DNA of 42,966 nt from Actinomycetales bacterium (GTDB lineage Bacteria; Actinomycetota; Actinomycetes; Actinomycetales; CAVURS01), in NCBI GenBank assembly GCA_045807245.1, contig JBJMHS010000076.1, forward strand, positions 1 through 42,966, written 5' to 3'. Numbering within the stretch: the stretch's first letter is position 1; the number at the start of each line of letters is the position of its first letter. A program made the position numbers and the translations under genes. The notes beneath the pieces were generated by a model. The model was not told the origin of the DNA, did no database searches, and saw only the letters and a list, made by a program, of their open reading frames with translations. This document shows positions 17,591 to 26,779 of the stretch, in pieces.

Positions 17591-18670
17591 ATGGCACCGA
17601 GCCGGCTGCACGACCCGCATCGTCGCGGCTTCCTGTCCGACAACACCTCGGGCGTCCACCCGGACGTGATGGCCGCGATCGTCGATGCGAACGAGGGTCA
17701 CCAGCCGTCGTACGGCGCCGACGTCTACACGGAGCGGCTGCAGCAGGTCGTGGCCGAGACCTTCGGGCGCCCGGCGGTCGCCCTCCCGGTGTTCAACGGC
17801 ACCGGCGCCAACGTCGTCGGCCTCCAGTCGATGCTGTCGCGCTGGGGTGCCGTGATCTGCGCCGCCGGGGCCCACGTCAACGTGGACGAGAACGCCGCGC
17901 CCGAACGGATGGCGGGACTGAAGCTTCTCCCCGTGATGACACCGGACGGCAAGCTGACCGCGGAGCTGGTCGACCGCGAGGCCTGGGGCGCCGACGACTT
18001 CCACCGCGCGCAGCCACAGGTGGTCTCCCTCACGCAGTCCAGCGAGCTCGGCACCGTCTACACCCTCGACGAGCTGAGGGCCGTCTCCGACCACGTCCAC
18101 GGGCTCGGGCTGCGGCTGCACGTCGACGGCTCCCGGGTCTCCAACGCCGCGGCGGCCCTCGGCTGCAGCCTGGCCGCGGTGACCAGCGAGGTCGGTGTCG
18201 ACGTCCTGTCCTTCGGTGGCACCAAGAACGGGCTCCTGTACGGCGAGTGCGTGGTCGCTTTCGATCCCGGCGCTGCCGACGCCCTGGTCCGGCTACGCAA
18301 GATGGACGCGCAGCTGTCGTCGAAGATGCGCTTCCTCTCGGCACAGCTGATCGCCCTGCTGACCGACGACCTGTGGCGACGCAACGCCGGCCACGCCAAC
18401 GAGATGGCGACGCTGTTGCGCGAGCGCGTCGAGGGTGCGGTCGCCGCGGGGGCCATCGAGGCGACGTTCCCCAGGCCCACCGAGGCGAACGAGGTCTTCG
18501 TTCGGGCCGACACCGCCGTGACCGACCTGCTGCGCACGGAGTTCCCGTTCGAGACGTGGGACCGCAGCGTGGGGGAGGTCCGGTTCGTCTGCTCGTTCGA
18601 CACGACGGAGTCCGATGTCGACGAGCTGGTCCGGGCCTGGCAGGAGTGCCAGCAGAAGGCCGGCCGATGA
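17591..18670 (+). CDS. ltaE: Low-specificity L-threonine aldolase (PLP-dependent)
   Basis: FLSDN, NGTGAN, HVDGSR, SFGGTKNG (PLP Lys) and SKMRF. Confidence 0.88.
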   Translation: MAPSRLHDPHRRGFLSDNTSGVHPDVMAAIVDANEGHQPSYGADVYTERLQQVVAETFGRPAVALPVFNGTGANVVGLQSMLSRWGAVICAAGAHVNVDENAAPERMAGLKLLPVMTPDGKLTAELVDREAWGADDFHRAQPQVVSLTQSSELGTVYTLDELRAVSDHVHGLGLRLHVDGSRVSNAAAALGCSLAAVTSEVGVDVLSFGGTKNGLLYGECVVAFDPGAADALVRLRKMDAQLSSKMRFLSAQLIALLTDDLWRRNAGHANEMATLLRERVEGAVAAGAIEATFPRPTEANEVFVRADTAVTDLLRTEFPFETWDRSVGEVRFVCSFDTTESDVDELVRAWQECQQKAGR

Positions 18671-19344
18671 GCCCGGCCTACCTGCTCGTTCCCGGGGCGG
18701 GAGGAGTCGCGGCCTACTGGCGGCTCGTCGCGGCCGACCTGGAGCGTCGCGGTCTCGACGCCGTCGCCGTCGACCTCCCCGGTGACGACGACTCAGCCGG
18801 GCTGCCGGAGTACGTCGAGCTGATTGTCCGCGCGGGCAGTGACCTCGGTGACATCGTCGTGGTCGGGCAGTCGATGGGGGCGTTCTCCGCGTCACTCGCC
18901 GCACCGCAGCTACCGGCGCAACGGATCGTTCTCGTCAACCCGATGATCCCCGCACCGGGCGAGACGCCAGGGGAGTGGTGGGAAGCCACGGGGCAGCCAG
19001 AAGCCAAGCGGCGCAAGGATCTTCGTGAAGGCCGCGACCCTCATGCACCGTTCGACCTGGCAACGTACTTCCTTCACGACACCCCCGCCGACCTCGTCGA
19101 GGAGGTGATGGCGACGAGCCGACCCGAGTCGGACGCGGCGTTCGGGTCGCCGTGGACCCTGCCCGCCTGGCCGGGCGTGCCCACCACCGTCATCGCCGCG
19201 GCGGAGGACCGGTTCTTTCCGCTCGACTTCCAGCGCCGGGTGAGCGAGGAACGGCTCGGGCTCGCACCGGTGACCCTGCCCGGCGGACACCTGGTCGCGC
19301 TCAGCCACCCCCAGGAGCTGGTCGATCTGCTCGTCGCGTCGTGA
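18667..19344 (+). CDS. Alpha/beta-fold hydrolase
   Basis: LLVPGAGG, nucleophile motif GQSMG, EDRFFP and GGHL. ATGA overlap with the aldolase. Confidence 0.88.
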   Translation: MSPAYLLVPGAGGVAAYWRLVAADLERRGLDAVAVDLPGDDDSAGLPEYVELIVRAGSDLGDIVVVGQSMGAFSASLAAPQLPAQRIVLVNPMIPAPGETPGEWWEATGQPEAKRRKDLREGRDPHAPFDLATYFLHDTPADLVEEVMATSRPESDAAFGSPWTLPAWPGVPTTVIAAAEDRFFPLDFQRRVSEERLGLAPVTLPGGHLVALSHPQELVDLLVAS

Positions 19345-20565
19345 AGGTGACCTCCCCCGGCGGCGTGGCGACCGGGTGGAGAGCGCTGTGGAGACCGTGA
19401 CGACCCCGGCCACCGCCGCGGGCACCAGCGACCACCAGCCGCAGAAGCCCTGGATGACCAGCGTCGCGGCCGCGGCCGGGAGCGTCGCGAGCCGGATCCG
19501 GCCGGTGAGGAGCCGCACCGCGGCCAGGGTGCTGCCGACGTACACCGCGACGAACAGCGAGGTCGGCACGGCGACGAACTGCTCGAGACTCAGCCCACCC
19601 GCGGCGTACAGCGCGATCAGGACGAGGCCCGCCAGCCCGATCACCGCGAGCAGCCCGCTCGACCCGCTGCGCCGACCGGACAGTTCCGAGGCCATCTCCG
19701 CCGCGCCGGACAGGTAGGCGTTCGTCGTGCCGAGGGTCAGCACGATCGCGGCGACGGCCGCCACGGCGTGTCCGACCGGGCCCAGGCCGGCGGCCAGCAG
19801 CCCGGCGAGCGGTACGTCGCCGGCGTTCGGCCCGAGCACCGAGACCGTGGACGCGGCGAGGGCCAGGTAGATGACCGCGGTCGCGACGAAGGCGATCGCG
19901 ATGACCTTGGGGAGCTGGCGGCCCGGGTCGCGGAACCGCGTCGTCAGCGGTGCGACGGCCTCCCAACCGACGAACGACATCATCAGCGCGGCCGCCGCGG
20001 ACCCGATGGCGGCCCAGCCGTGCGGGGCGAACGGGGTCCAGTTCGCGGCGTGGGCGCTCGGCGCCGAGCCGCCGACGGCCAGCGCCACCACGACGACGAG
20101 CACGGCTACGAGCGCGAGCTGGAGGATGACACCGATCCGTAGCCCGACCAGGGCCAGCAGCAGGACGACAAGCAGCAGCGCCGCAGCGATGCCCGAGCGG
20201 GTCAGCCGGCCGCCGCCGGTCACGGTGGTGACGTAGCCGGCCCCGACCAGACAGACGAAGGGCGCCGCGGTGACGACGCCGGCCAGGAAGCACCAGCCGA
20301 CCGCCGACCCGGCCCGACGGCCCAGACCCGCCGCTGCGTACCCCGCGACCCCGGCCGCGGAGGGCAGGCGCGTGCCGAGCGCGCTGAACATGACGGCGAA
20401 GATCGCCGAGAGGCCGAGCAGCCCGACCCAGGCCAGTACCGACGCGGGGCCGGCGATCCGGGCGGCCAGACCGGGCAGGAGCAGCAGGCTCGGTCCGAGC
20501 AGCGCGCCGATGTACAGGGCAGCTCCACCGGGTACGGACAGGTGCGTGGTGCGGGCTGTGCTCAT
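18910..20565 (-). CDS. APC-family amino acid permease/exporter (YjeH-like) with a long C-terminal tail
   Basis: GALLGPSLLLLPGLAA...AGPAS, SFVGWEA and ~12 hydrophobic segments; divergent from an Lrp gene. The last ~145 codons overlap the hydrolase in antisense. Confidence 0.8.
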   Translation of the reverse strand: MSTARTTHLSVPGGAALYIGALLGPSLLLLPGLAARIAGPASVLAWVGLLGLSAIFAVMFSALGTRLPSAAGVAGYAAAGLGRRAGSAVGWCFLAGVVTAAPFVCLVGAGYVTTVTGGGRLTRSGIAAALLLVVLLLALVGLRIGVILQLALVAVLVVVVALAVGGSAPSAHAANWTPFAPHGWAAIGSAAAALMMSFVGWEAVAPLTTRFRDPGRQLPKVIAIAFVATAVIYLALAASTVSVLGPNAGDVPLAGLLAAGLGPVGHAVAAVAAIVLTLGTTNAYLSGAAEMASELSGRRSGSSGLLAVIGLAGLVLIALYAAGGLSLEQFVAVPTSLFVAVYVGSTLAAVRLLTGRIRLATLPAAAATLVIQGFCGWWSLVPAAVAGVVTVSTALSTRSPRRRGRSPSRRDEQIDQLLGVAERDQVSAGQGHRCEPEPFLAHPALEVERKEPVLRRGDDGGGHARPGGQGPRRPERRVRLGSARRHHLLDEVGGGVVKEVRCQVERCMRVAAFTKILAPLGFWLPRGFPPLPWRLARCGDHRVDENDPLRR

Positions 20566-20670
20566 GCCGTCACGGTGCCTCAGGACGCGTCGCAGGCGAT
20601 GGCATAGTCAGCCACTTGAGCTGCCTTTGGCACAACTTCCCAGCGCCAAGGCCCCGGTAGACTGCAACTT

Positions 20671-21150
20671 ATGCTGACCAGAGTCGTGGACCGCACCGAT
20701 CGTGCCATCGTTGCTGCCCTCCAGCGCGACGGCCGCCTGGCCAATGTCGACCTCGCCGACCAGGTATCCCTGTCGCCCTCCGCCTGCCTGCGCCGGGTCA
20801 AGGCGCTCGAGGCGGACGGCGTCATCGCGGGCTACCGAGCCGAGGTCGACCGAGCGAAGGCCGGACTCGAGCTCACGGTCTTCCTCGAGCTGAAGGTCGG
20901 CGTGCACACGCAGCAGAACTGGCTGGACCTGGAGCACGCGCTGCGCCAGATCCCGGCCGTCGTCGGCGTGTGGGTGATCTCGGGCACGGCCGACTTCCTG
21001 GTCGAGGCCGTCGTACCCGACCTCGCCGCGTACGAACAGCTGCTGCTCAACGACATCCTGACCATCGGCTCCGTCGTCGATGCCCGCAGCAACTTCGTGA
21101 TCCGGACCGTGCTCAGCCGCGGCCCGATGCCGCTGGACCACTGGCGCTAG
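20671..21150 (+). CDS. Lrp/AsnC-family regulator
   Basis: DRAIVAALQRDGR...LSPSACLRRVKALEADGVIAGY. ATG lies 7 nt after TAGACT. Confidence 0.93.
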   Translation: MLTRVVDRTDRAIVAALQRDGRLANVDLADQVSLSPSACLRRVKALEADGVIAGYRAEVDRAKAGLELTVFLELKVGVHTQQNWLDLEHALRQIPAVVGVWVISGTADFLVEAVVPDLAAYEQLLLNDILTIGSVVDARSNFVIRTVLSRGPMPLDHWR

Positions 21151-21216
21151 CCGGCAACGAGCAGCGCGGACGCAACCACCGCGAGGTGCCTACGCGCGGG
21201 CGTTTAGCCTTCATTC

Positions 21217-21267
21217 GTGGCGCCCTACCGCGACCTCCGGACCGACATCTACCTCGTCCGCCGGTGA
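21217..21267 (+). CDS. Putative 16-aa small ORF/leader peptide (MAPYRDLRTDIYLVRR)
   Basis: GTG lies 6 nt after TAGCCT. All 16 sense codons end in G or C, and the stop overlaps the next start (GTGA). Confidence 0.4.
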   Translation: MAPYRDLRTDIYLVRR

Positions 21268-21650
21268 GCAGGCTCAGCGCGGTCTGGCTCGGCCGGGCGT
21301 TCATCGCCCTGGCGCTGGTCCTCGGCATCTGGACGGTGTTCTTGGGGTTCAGCCTCCCGAACAAGGGCGTCCTCGCGCACGAGGACGTGGTGTGGGTCGG
21401 GTTCGACATCGGGCTGTTGGCCGGACTCGTCGCGATCGCGTGGAGTGCACTGCGGCGCAACAAGTTCCTACCCCTGGCGGCGGCTGCGACCGCCGCCCTG
21501 CTGGTCATGGATGCCTGGTTCGACGTCGTCGGGAGCGCGAGCACCGACGACCTGGGTGCGGCCCTGGTCATGGCGGTCGTGGTCGAGCTGCCCCTCAGTG
21601 CCATCTGCTGGTGGGTCGCCTGGCGCGCCCTGGGTAGGGTCAAGTCGTGA
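21264..21650 (+). CDS. Hypothetical membrane protein (~4 TM)
   Basis: Hydrophobic, with VWVGFD...LLVMDAWFDV...VVELP. GTGA overlap with the next gene. Confidence 0.7.
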   Translation: MSRLSAVWLGRAFIALALVLGIWTVFLGFSLPNKGVLAHEDVVWVGFDIGLLAGLVAIAWSALRRNKFLPLAAAATAALLVMDAWFDVVGSASTDDLGAALVMAVVVELPLSAICWWVAWRALGRVKS

Positions 21651-23047
21651 CGCTCTCGGCCGTTCGCCGCCCCACTCCGCACGAGCAGGCCCAGCAGCGC
21701 CTGCTCAGCCAGTACGCCGCGATCCCGCCCGGACAGCCGGTGCGGCTGGCCAAGCGCACCTCGAACCTGTTCCGCAACCGCACGGCCACGCAGCAGCCGG
21801 GTCTGGACGTGTCCGGCCTCGACCGCGTGCTGTCGGTCGACCCGGTCGCCCGGACCGCCGACGTGCAGGCCATGACGACCTACGAGCACCTCGTGGACGC
21901 CACGCTGACCCACGGCCTGATGCCGCTCGTCGTACCCCAGCTGAAGACCATCACCATCGGTGGCGCCGTGACCGGTCTGGGCATCGAGTCCTCGTCGTAC
22001 CGCAACGGTTTGCCGCACGAGTCGGTCCGCGAGCTCGAAATCCTCACCGGCGCGGGCGAAGTCGTCGTGGCCACCCCGGACGGGGAGCACGCGGACCTGT
22101 TCCGCACCTTCCCCAACTCGTACGGCACCTTGGGCTACGCCCTGCGCATGACCATCGAGCTCGAGCCCGTCAAACCGTTCGTGATGTTGCGGCACGTCCG
22201 GTTCAGCGACCTGGACGAGGTGCAGCGGGCGATCGCCTCGACTGTGGCGAGCGGCCAGTACGACGGGCAGCCGGTCGACTTCATCGACGGCACCATGTTC
22301 AGCCCGGACGAGGTGTACGTCACGCTCGTCAGCTGGGCGGACGAGGCGCCGTACACCTCTGACTACACCGGTCAGCAGATCTACTACCGCTCGCTGCAGC
22401 GCCGGTCGGTCGACTTCCTCACCGTGCACGACTACCTGTGGCGCTGGGACACCGACTGGTTCTGGTGCTCGCGCGCGTTCGGTGCGCAGAACCGCTGGGC
22501 CCGTCGGGTGTGGCCGCGCAGGTACCTCCGCTCGGACGTGTACTGGAAGATGGTCGCCTTCGAGGACCGCCACCACGTGTCGCGCTGGGTCGACGACCGC
22601 AAAGGCCGGCCGCGGCGCGAGCGCGTCATCCAGGACGTCGAGATCCCGGTCGACCGCACCGCCGAGTTCCTGCGCTGGTTCGACCGCGAGGTGCCGATCG
22701 AGCCGGTCTGGCTGTGCCCGATCCAGCTGCGCCCGCACGCTCGCGAGCAGGCCGGTGTCCAGACCTGGCCGCTGTACCCGCTCGAGCCGGGGCAGCTCTA
22801 CGTCAACGTCGGCTTCTGGTCGACGGTCGCCATCGAGCCGGGCCGCCAGGACGGCGACGTCAACCGGGCCGTCGAGGCCGAGGTCGACGCGGTCGGCGGC
22901 CACAAGTCGCTGTACTCGGACGCGTTCTACAGCCGCGAGGAGTTCGCCAAGCGCTACGGCGGGGACGCGTACGCCGCGGTGAAACTGCAGTACGACCCAC
23001 AGGGCCGGCTGCTCGACCTCTACGACAAGGCGGTCCGCAACCGCTGA
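21647..23047 (+). CDS. FAD-binding oxidoreductase, BfaA/TmsA (Rv3719)-like methylene fatty acid reductase
   Basis: LAKRTSNLFR, VVPQLKTITIGGAVTGLGIESSS, PNSYGTLGY, WRWDTDWFWCS and HKSLYSD. Confidence 0.85.
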   Translation: MTLSAVRRPTPHEQAQQRLLSQYAAIPPGQPVRLAKRTSNLFRNRTATQQPGLDVSGLDRVLSVDPVARTADVQAMTTYEHLVDATLTHGLMPLVVPQLKTITIGGAVTGLGIESSSYRNGLPHESVRELEILTGAGEVVVATPDGEHADLFRTFPNSYGTLGYALRMTIELEPVKPFVMLRHVRFSDLDEVQRAIASTVASGQYDGQPVDFIDGTMFSPDEVYVTLVSWADEAPYTSDYTGQQIYYRSLQRRSVDFLTVHDYLWRWDTDWFWCSRAFGAQNRWARRVWPRRYLRSDVYWKMVAFEDRHHVSRWVDDRKGRPRRERVIQDVEIPVDRTAEFLRWFDREVPIEPVWLCPIQLRPHAREQAGVQTWPLYPLEPGQLYVNVGFWSTVAIEPGRQDGDVNRAVEAEVDAVGGHKSLYSDAFYSREEFAKRYGGDAYAAVKLQYDPQGRLLDLYDKAVRNR

Positions 23048-23061
23048 GGCAGACTCCCGGC

Positions 23062-23514
23062 ATGACCTGGAGGCGCTCGATCGCGCTGGCCCTGACCGTC
23101 GTCCTGGGCGTCGTGCTGCTCATCGGGCTGGGCGTGGTCGCCCTCGTGACCGGCGTGAACCTCCAGCATCCCCGGGACGAGACCGGCTACCTCACCTACC
23201 TGCGCACCTACGGCGACATGTCGAGTGACCAGCCGATCGAGCTTCCGGCGCACGCGGGGTTGGTGTCGGCCGGGCAGGACGCCTGCTCCTGGCTCAGCGG
23301 CTCGGAGTTCGCGCTCTGGCAGACGAGCGTGCACCATCGGTTCCCGGCGAGGATGGATGCGTACCTGCGCTCCCGCGGGGCGCAGCCGGCTCTCCCGTGG
23401 AGCGGCCCGCCCGACCGCTCGGCCGTCGCTGCTGCGGCCTGGGCCTATCTCTGCCCGGCCACCTGGGAGCTGCACAAGCCGCACTATGTGTTCAGCAGCC
23501 CACCCGGTGACTGA
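23062..23514 (+). CDS. Membrane-anchored hypothetical protein, DUF732-like
   Basis: N-terminal TM segment; YL..L...G..AC..L and AAWAYLCP Cys pair. ATG lies 6 nt after CAGACT. Confidence 0.6.
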   Translation: MTWRRSIALALTVVLGVVLLIGLGVVALVTGVNLQHPRDETGYLTYLRTYGDMSSDQPIELPAHAGLVSAGQDACSWLSGSEFALWQTSVHHRFPARMDAYLRSRGAQPALPWSGPPDRSAVAAAAWAYLCPATWELHKPHYVFSSPPGD

Positions 23515-23606
23515 CGCCGCGTCCAGTCCGAGTGTTCCTTTGGTTCAACAAGGGTGTTGACTATCCCGGGCGAGTCGAAAGCGCGAGTACTCGGAGGTGT
23601 CAGGCA

Positions 23607-24926
23607 ATGAGCTTGCGACTGGACCGGGGCACGGCCAGTGACTCCCGGAAACTGACCGTAGGACAGGTCTTCGACCAGCTGCTCGGACCGGACGCGGCGC
23701 TGAAGGTGACGGCGTACGACGGCAGCGTGAGCGGGTCGGCGAACGCGCCGTACGGCTTCCATCTCAAGACACCGCGCGGGCTGTCCTACCTGCTGACCGC
23801 GCCGGGGGAGCTGGGCCTGGCCCGCGCCTACGTCGCCGGCGACCTCGACGTGAGCGGAACGCATCCCGGTGACCCGTACGACCTCCTGCGACACCTCGAG
23901 GACCAGGTGTCCATGCGCCGGCCCGGGCCGACCGGCCTGGTCCGTCTGGTCCGGGGTGTGGGCGTCACGGGGCTGCGCCCGCCGGAGCCTCCGCCGCAGG
24001 AGGTGACGCCGCAGTGGCGGCGCGCCCTGCGCGGCCTGCGTCACTCCAAGACGCGTGACGCCGATGCGATCCACCACCACTACGACGTGTCCAACACCTT
24101 CTACGAGTGGGTGCTCGGGCCGTCGATGACGTACACCTGTGCCTGCTATCCGCACGCGGACGCGACCTTGGAGGAGGCGCAGGCGAACAAGTACGACCTC
24201 GTCGCCCGCAAGATCGGCCTGCAGCCGGGCATGCGCCTGCTCGACGTCGGCTGCGGCTGGGGCGGCATGGTCCGGCACGCGGCCAGGCACTTCGGTGTCA
24301 AGGCACTCGGCGTCACGTTGTCCAAGGAGCAGGCCGCCTGGGCGCAGGCCGCGATCGAGCGCGAGGGTCTGTCCGAGCTCGCGGAGGTGCGCCACCTGGA
24401 CTACCGCGACGTGCCGGAGGGCGACTTCGACGCGGTCAGCTCCATCGGTCTGACCGAGCACATCGGCGTCCGCAACTACGCGTCGTACTTCACCTTCCTG
24501 AAGTCCAAGCTGCGCCCGGGCGGCCGGATCCTCAACCACTGCATCACCCGCCAGGACAACCAGCACGACGGGATCACCCGCGGCGGGTTCATCGACCGCT
24601 ACGTGTTCCCGGACGGCGAGCTGGCCGGCTCCGGCCACATCATCACCGTGATGCAGGACGTCGGCCTCGAGGTCAAACACGAGGAGAACCTGCGCGAGCA
24701 CTACGCCCTGACTCTGCGCGACTGGTGCCGCAACCTCAGGGACCACTGGGACGAGGCGGTCGCGGAGGTCGGCGAGGGGACTGCGCGCGTCTGGGGTCTG
24801 TACATGGCCGGCTCACGACTGTCGTTCGAGCGCAACCGCATCCAGCTGCACCAGGTGCTGGGCGTCAACACGCCGTCCAGCGGTGACGCGGCGTTCCCGT
24901 TGCGGCCCGACTGGGGTTCGCTCTGA
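23607..24926 (+). CDS. SAM-dependent fatty acyl-phospholipid methyltransferase (Cfa/BfaB/TmsB-like)
   Basis: ELGLARAYVAG, HHYDVSN, MTYTCA, LLDVGCGWGG and FIDRYVFPDG. RBS GGAGG at 23593-97. Confidence 0.92.
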   Translation: MSLRLDRGTASDSRKLTVGQVFDQLLGPDAALKVTAYDGSVSGSANAPYGFHLKTPRGLSYLLTAPGELGLARAYVAGDLDVSGTHPGDPYDLLRHLEDQVSMRRPGPTGLVRLVRGVGVTGLRPPEPPPQEVTPQWRRALRGLRHSKTRDADAIHHHYDVSNTFYEWVLGPSMTYTCACYPHADATLEEAQANKYDLVARKIGLQPGMRLLDVGCGWGGMVRHAARHFGVKALGVTLSKEQAAWAQAAIEREGLSELAEVRHLDYRDVPEGDFDAVSSIGLTEHIGVRNYASYFTFLKSKLRPGGRILNHCITRQDNQHDGITRGGFIDRYVFPDGELAGSGHIITVMQDVGLEVKHEENLREHYALTLRDWCRNLRDHWDEAVAEVGEGTARVWGLYMAGSRLSFERNRIQLHQVLGVNTPSSGDAAFPLRPDWGSL

Positions 24927-24956
24927 CGCACAATCGGCGGGGCTAGGCTCGCGCTC

Positions 24957-26405
24957 ATGACGGCAGCGCCGAGCGTCTCCAACTCCATCACCGTGCGACT
25001 CGAGCTGCCCGGGCGGGCGACGGCAGTGAGCGAGCTGTCGACCGCCATCGAAGCGTCCGGCGGGTTGGTGAGCGGCCTCGACGTGACGGCGTCCGGCCAC
25101 GACCGGCTGCGCATCGACGTCACGATCATGACCCGCGGCGGCGACCATGCCACCGAGGTCGTCGAGGCCATGCGGGCCGTCCAGGGCGTCGAGATCGGCA
25201 AGGTCAGCGACCGCACGTTCCTGGTCCACCTGGGCGGCAAGCTCGAAGTCGTCCCCAAGCTGCCGATCCGCAACCGGGACGACCTGTCCCTCATCTACAC
25301 ACCGGGCGTGGCCCGGGTCTGCCTGGCCATCGCCGAGAACCCCGAAGACGCCCGGCGGCTCACCATCAAGCGCAACACCGTCGCGGTCGTGACCGACGGC
25401 TCCGCGGTGCTGGGGCTGGGCAACATCGGGCCGCTGGCCGCGATGCCGGTCATGGAGGGCAAAGCCGCGCTGTTCAAGCGGTTCGCCGACATCGACGCGT
25501 TCCCGATCTGCCTGGACACGCAGGACGTTGACGAGATCGTGTCGGTCGTCAAGGCGATCTCACCCGGCTTCGCGGGGATCAACCTGGAGGACATCTCGGC
25601 ACCGCGCTGCTTCGAGGTCGAACGTCGGCTGCGCGACGAGCTCGACATCCCCGTTTTCCACGACGACCAGCACGGTACGGCGATCGTCACGCTGGCCGCT
25701 CTGATCAACGCGCTGCGCGTGGTGGACAAGAAGATCGGCGACATCAGCATCGTCATGTCCGGCGCAGGAGCGGCCGGTACGGCGATCCTGAAGCTCCTGG
25801 CCGACGCCGGGGCGCGGGACGTCATCGTGTGCGACCGCCGCGGCGTCGTGTGCATCGAACGCGAGGACCTGGCCCAACGGGGCGGTGAGCTGACCTGGAT
25901 CGCCGAGCACACCAACCCGCGCGGGATCCGCGGCTCCCTCAAGGAGGCGTTGGTCGGGGCGGACGTCTTCATCGGCGTCTCGGCCGGCGGCCTGCTCGAC
26001 GGTGAGGACATCGCCAAGATGGCCAAGGACGCGATCGTGTTCGCGATGGCCAACCCCGAGCCCGAGGTCGACCCGAACGAGGCGTCGAAGTACGCAACGG
26101 TCGTTGCCACCGGGCGCAGCGACTTCGCCAACCAGATCAACAACGTGCTGGCCTTCCCCGGTGTCTTCCGCGGGCTCCTGGACGCCCGGTCGAAGTCGAT
26201 CCCGGACCAGGTGCTGCTGGCTGCCGCCCAGGCCCTGGCCAAGACCGTGTCGGACAGCGAGCTCAACGCGGCGTACATCGTGCCCAGCGTGTTCCATGCC
26301 GACGTGACCAAGGTCGTGGCCGCAGCAGTCGCCGACGCTGCGGTCAGGGCCGGTGCCGGTCAGGCCAAGGTGACGGACCTCGAGCCGCAGGCCTCCTTGG
26401 CGTGA
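24957..26405 (+). CDS. NAD(P)-dependent malic enzyme with N-terminal ACT-like domain
   Basis: YTPGVA, VTDGSAVLGLG, MEGKAALFK, INLEDI, FHDDQHGT, GAGAAG and NNVLAFPG. Confidence 0.93.
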   Translation: MTAAPSVSNSITVRLELPGRATAVSELSTAIEASGGLVSGLDVTASGHDRLRIDVTIMTRGGDHATEVVEAMRAVQGVEIGKVSDRTFLVHLGGKLEVVPKLPIRNRDDLSLIYTPGVARVCLAIAENPEDARRLTIKRNTVAVVTDGSAVLGLGNIGPLAAMPVMEGKAALFKRFADIDAFPICLDTQDVDEIVSVVKAISPGFAGINLEDISAPRCFEVERRLRDELDIPVFHDDQHGTAIVTLAALINALRVVDKKIGDISIVMSGAGAAGTAILKLLADAGARDVIVCDRRGVVCIEREDLAQRGGELTWIAEHTNPRGIRGSLKEALVGADVFIGVSAGGLLDGEDIAKMAKDAIVFAMANPEPEVDPNEASKYATVVATGRSDFANQINNVLAFPGVFRGLLDARSKSIPDQVLLAAAQALAKTVSDSELNAAYIVPSVFHADVTKVVAAAVADAAVRAGAGQAKVTDLEPQASLA

Positions 26406-26779
26406 CGCCCCGGGCATCGTCGACCCGGGCGTGGTGGTGGTTCGGGATCGCGCTCGCGGTCCAGCTGGTGGCGCTGTACCTGCCGCGCGCTCCCAGCGAG
26501 GGTGGCGGCCACGACGTCGACAAGCTGGTGCACGCCGCGATCTTCGGGGCGGTCGTGTGGACCGCCCGCCGCGCCGGGCTGCCGCTCGGCTGGGTGGTGC
26601 TGCTCTGCGCAGTGCATGCGCCGCTGAGCGAGTGGGTGCAGTCGCACTTCCTGCCGGACCGGGACGGGTCGGTGACAGACGCGCTGGCCGACCTGGTCGG
26701 TGTCGGGCTCGGCTCCCTGGTGCCGGTACGACGCGCGGCGCGCGATCCGGAGGGGGATCGGGAGAGGATGGCATCGTGA
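26402..26779 (+). CDS. VanZ-family membrane protein
   Basis: DKLVHAAIF...SEWVQ...PDRDGS..DALADLVG. Confidence 0.8.
   Translation: MTPRASSTRAWWWFGIALAVQLVALYLPRAPSEGGGHDVDKLVHAAIFGAVVWTARRAGLPLGWVVLLCAVHAPLSEWVQSHFLPDRDGSVTDALADLVGVGLGSLVPVRRAARDPEGDRERMAS

Noticed and set aside
21140..21200. SAM-riboswitch-like fragments (GCTAGCCGGCAAC, GCAACC...GGTGCC) upstream of genes that include a SAM methyltransferase
   Set aside because: The required 5' helices are not evident and would lie inside the Lrp CDS. An Infernal/Rfam scan would be needed to support it.
26402..26779. Glycopeptide resistance suggested by VanZ
   Set aside because: VanZ-like proteins are widespread and no van cluster genes are present.
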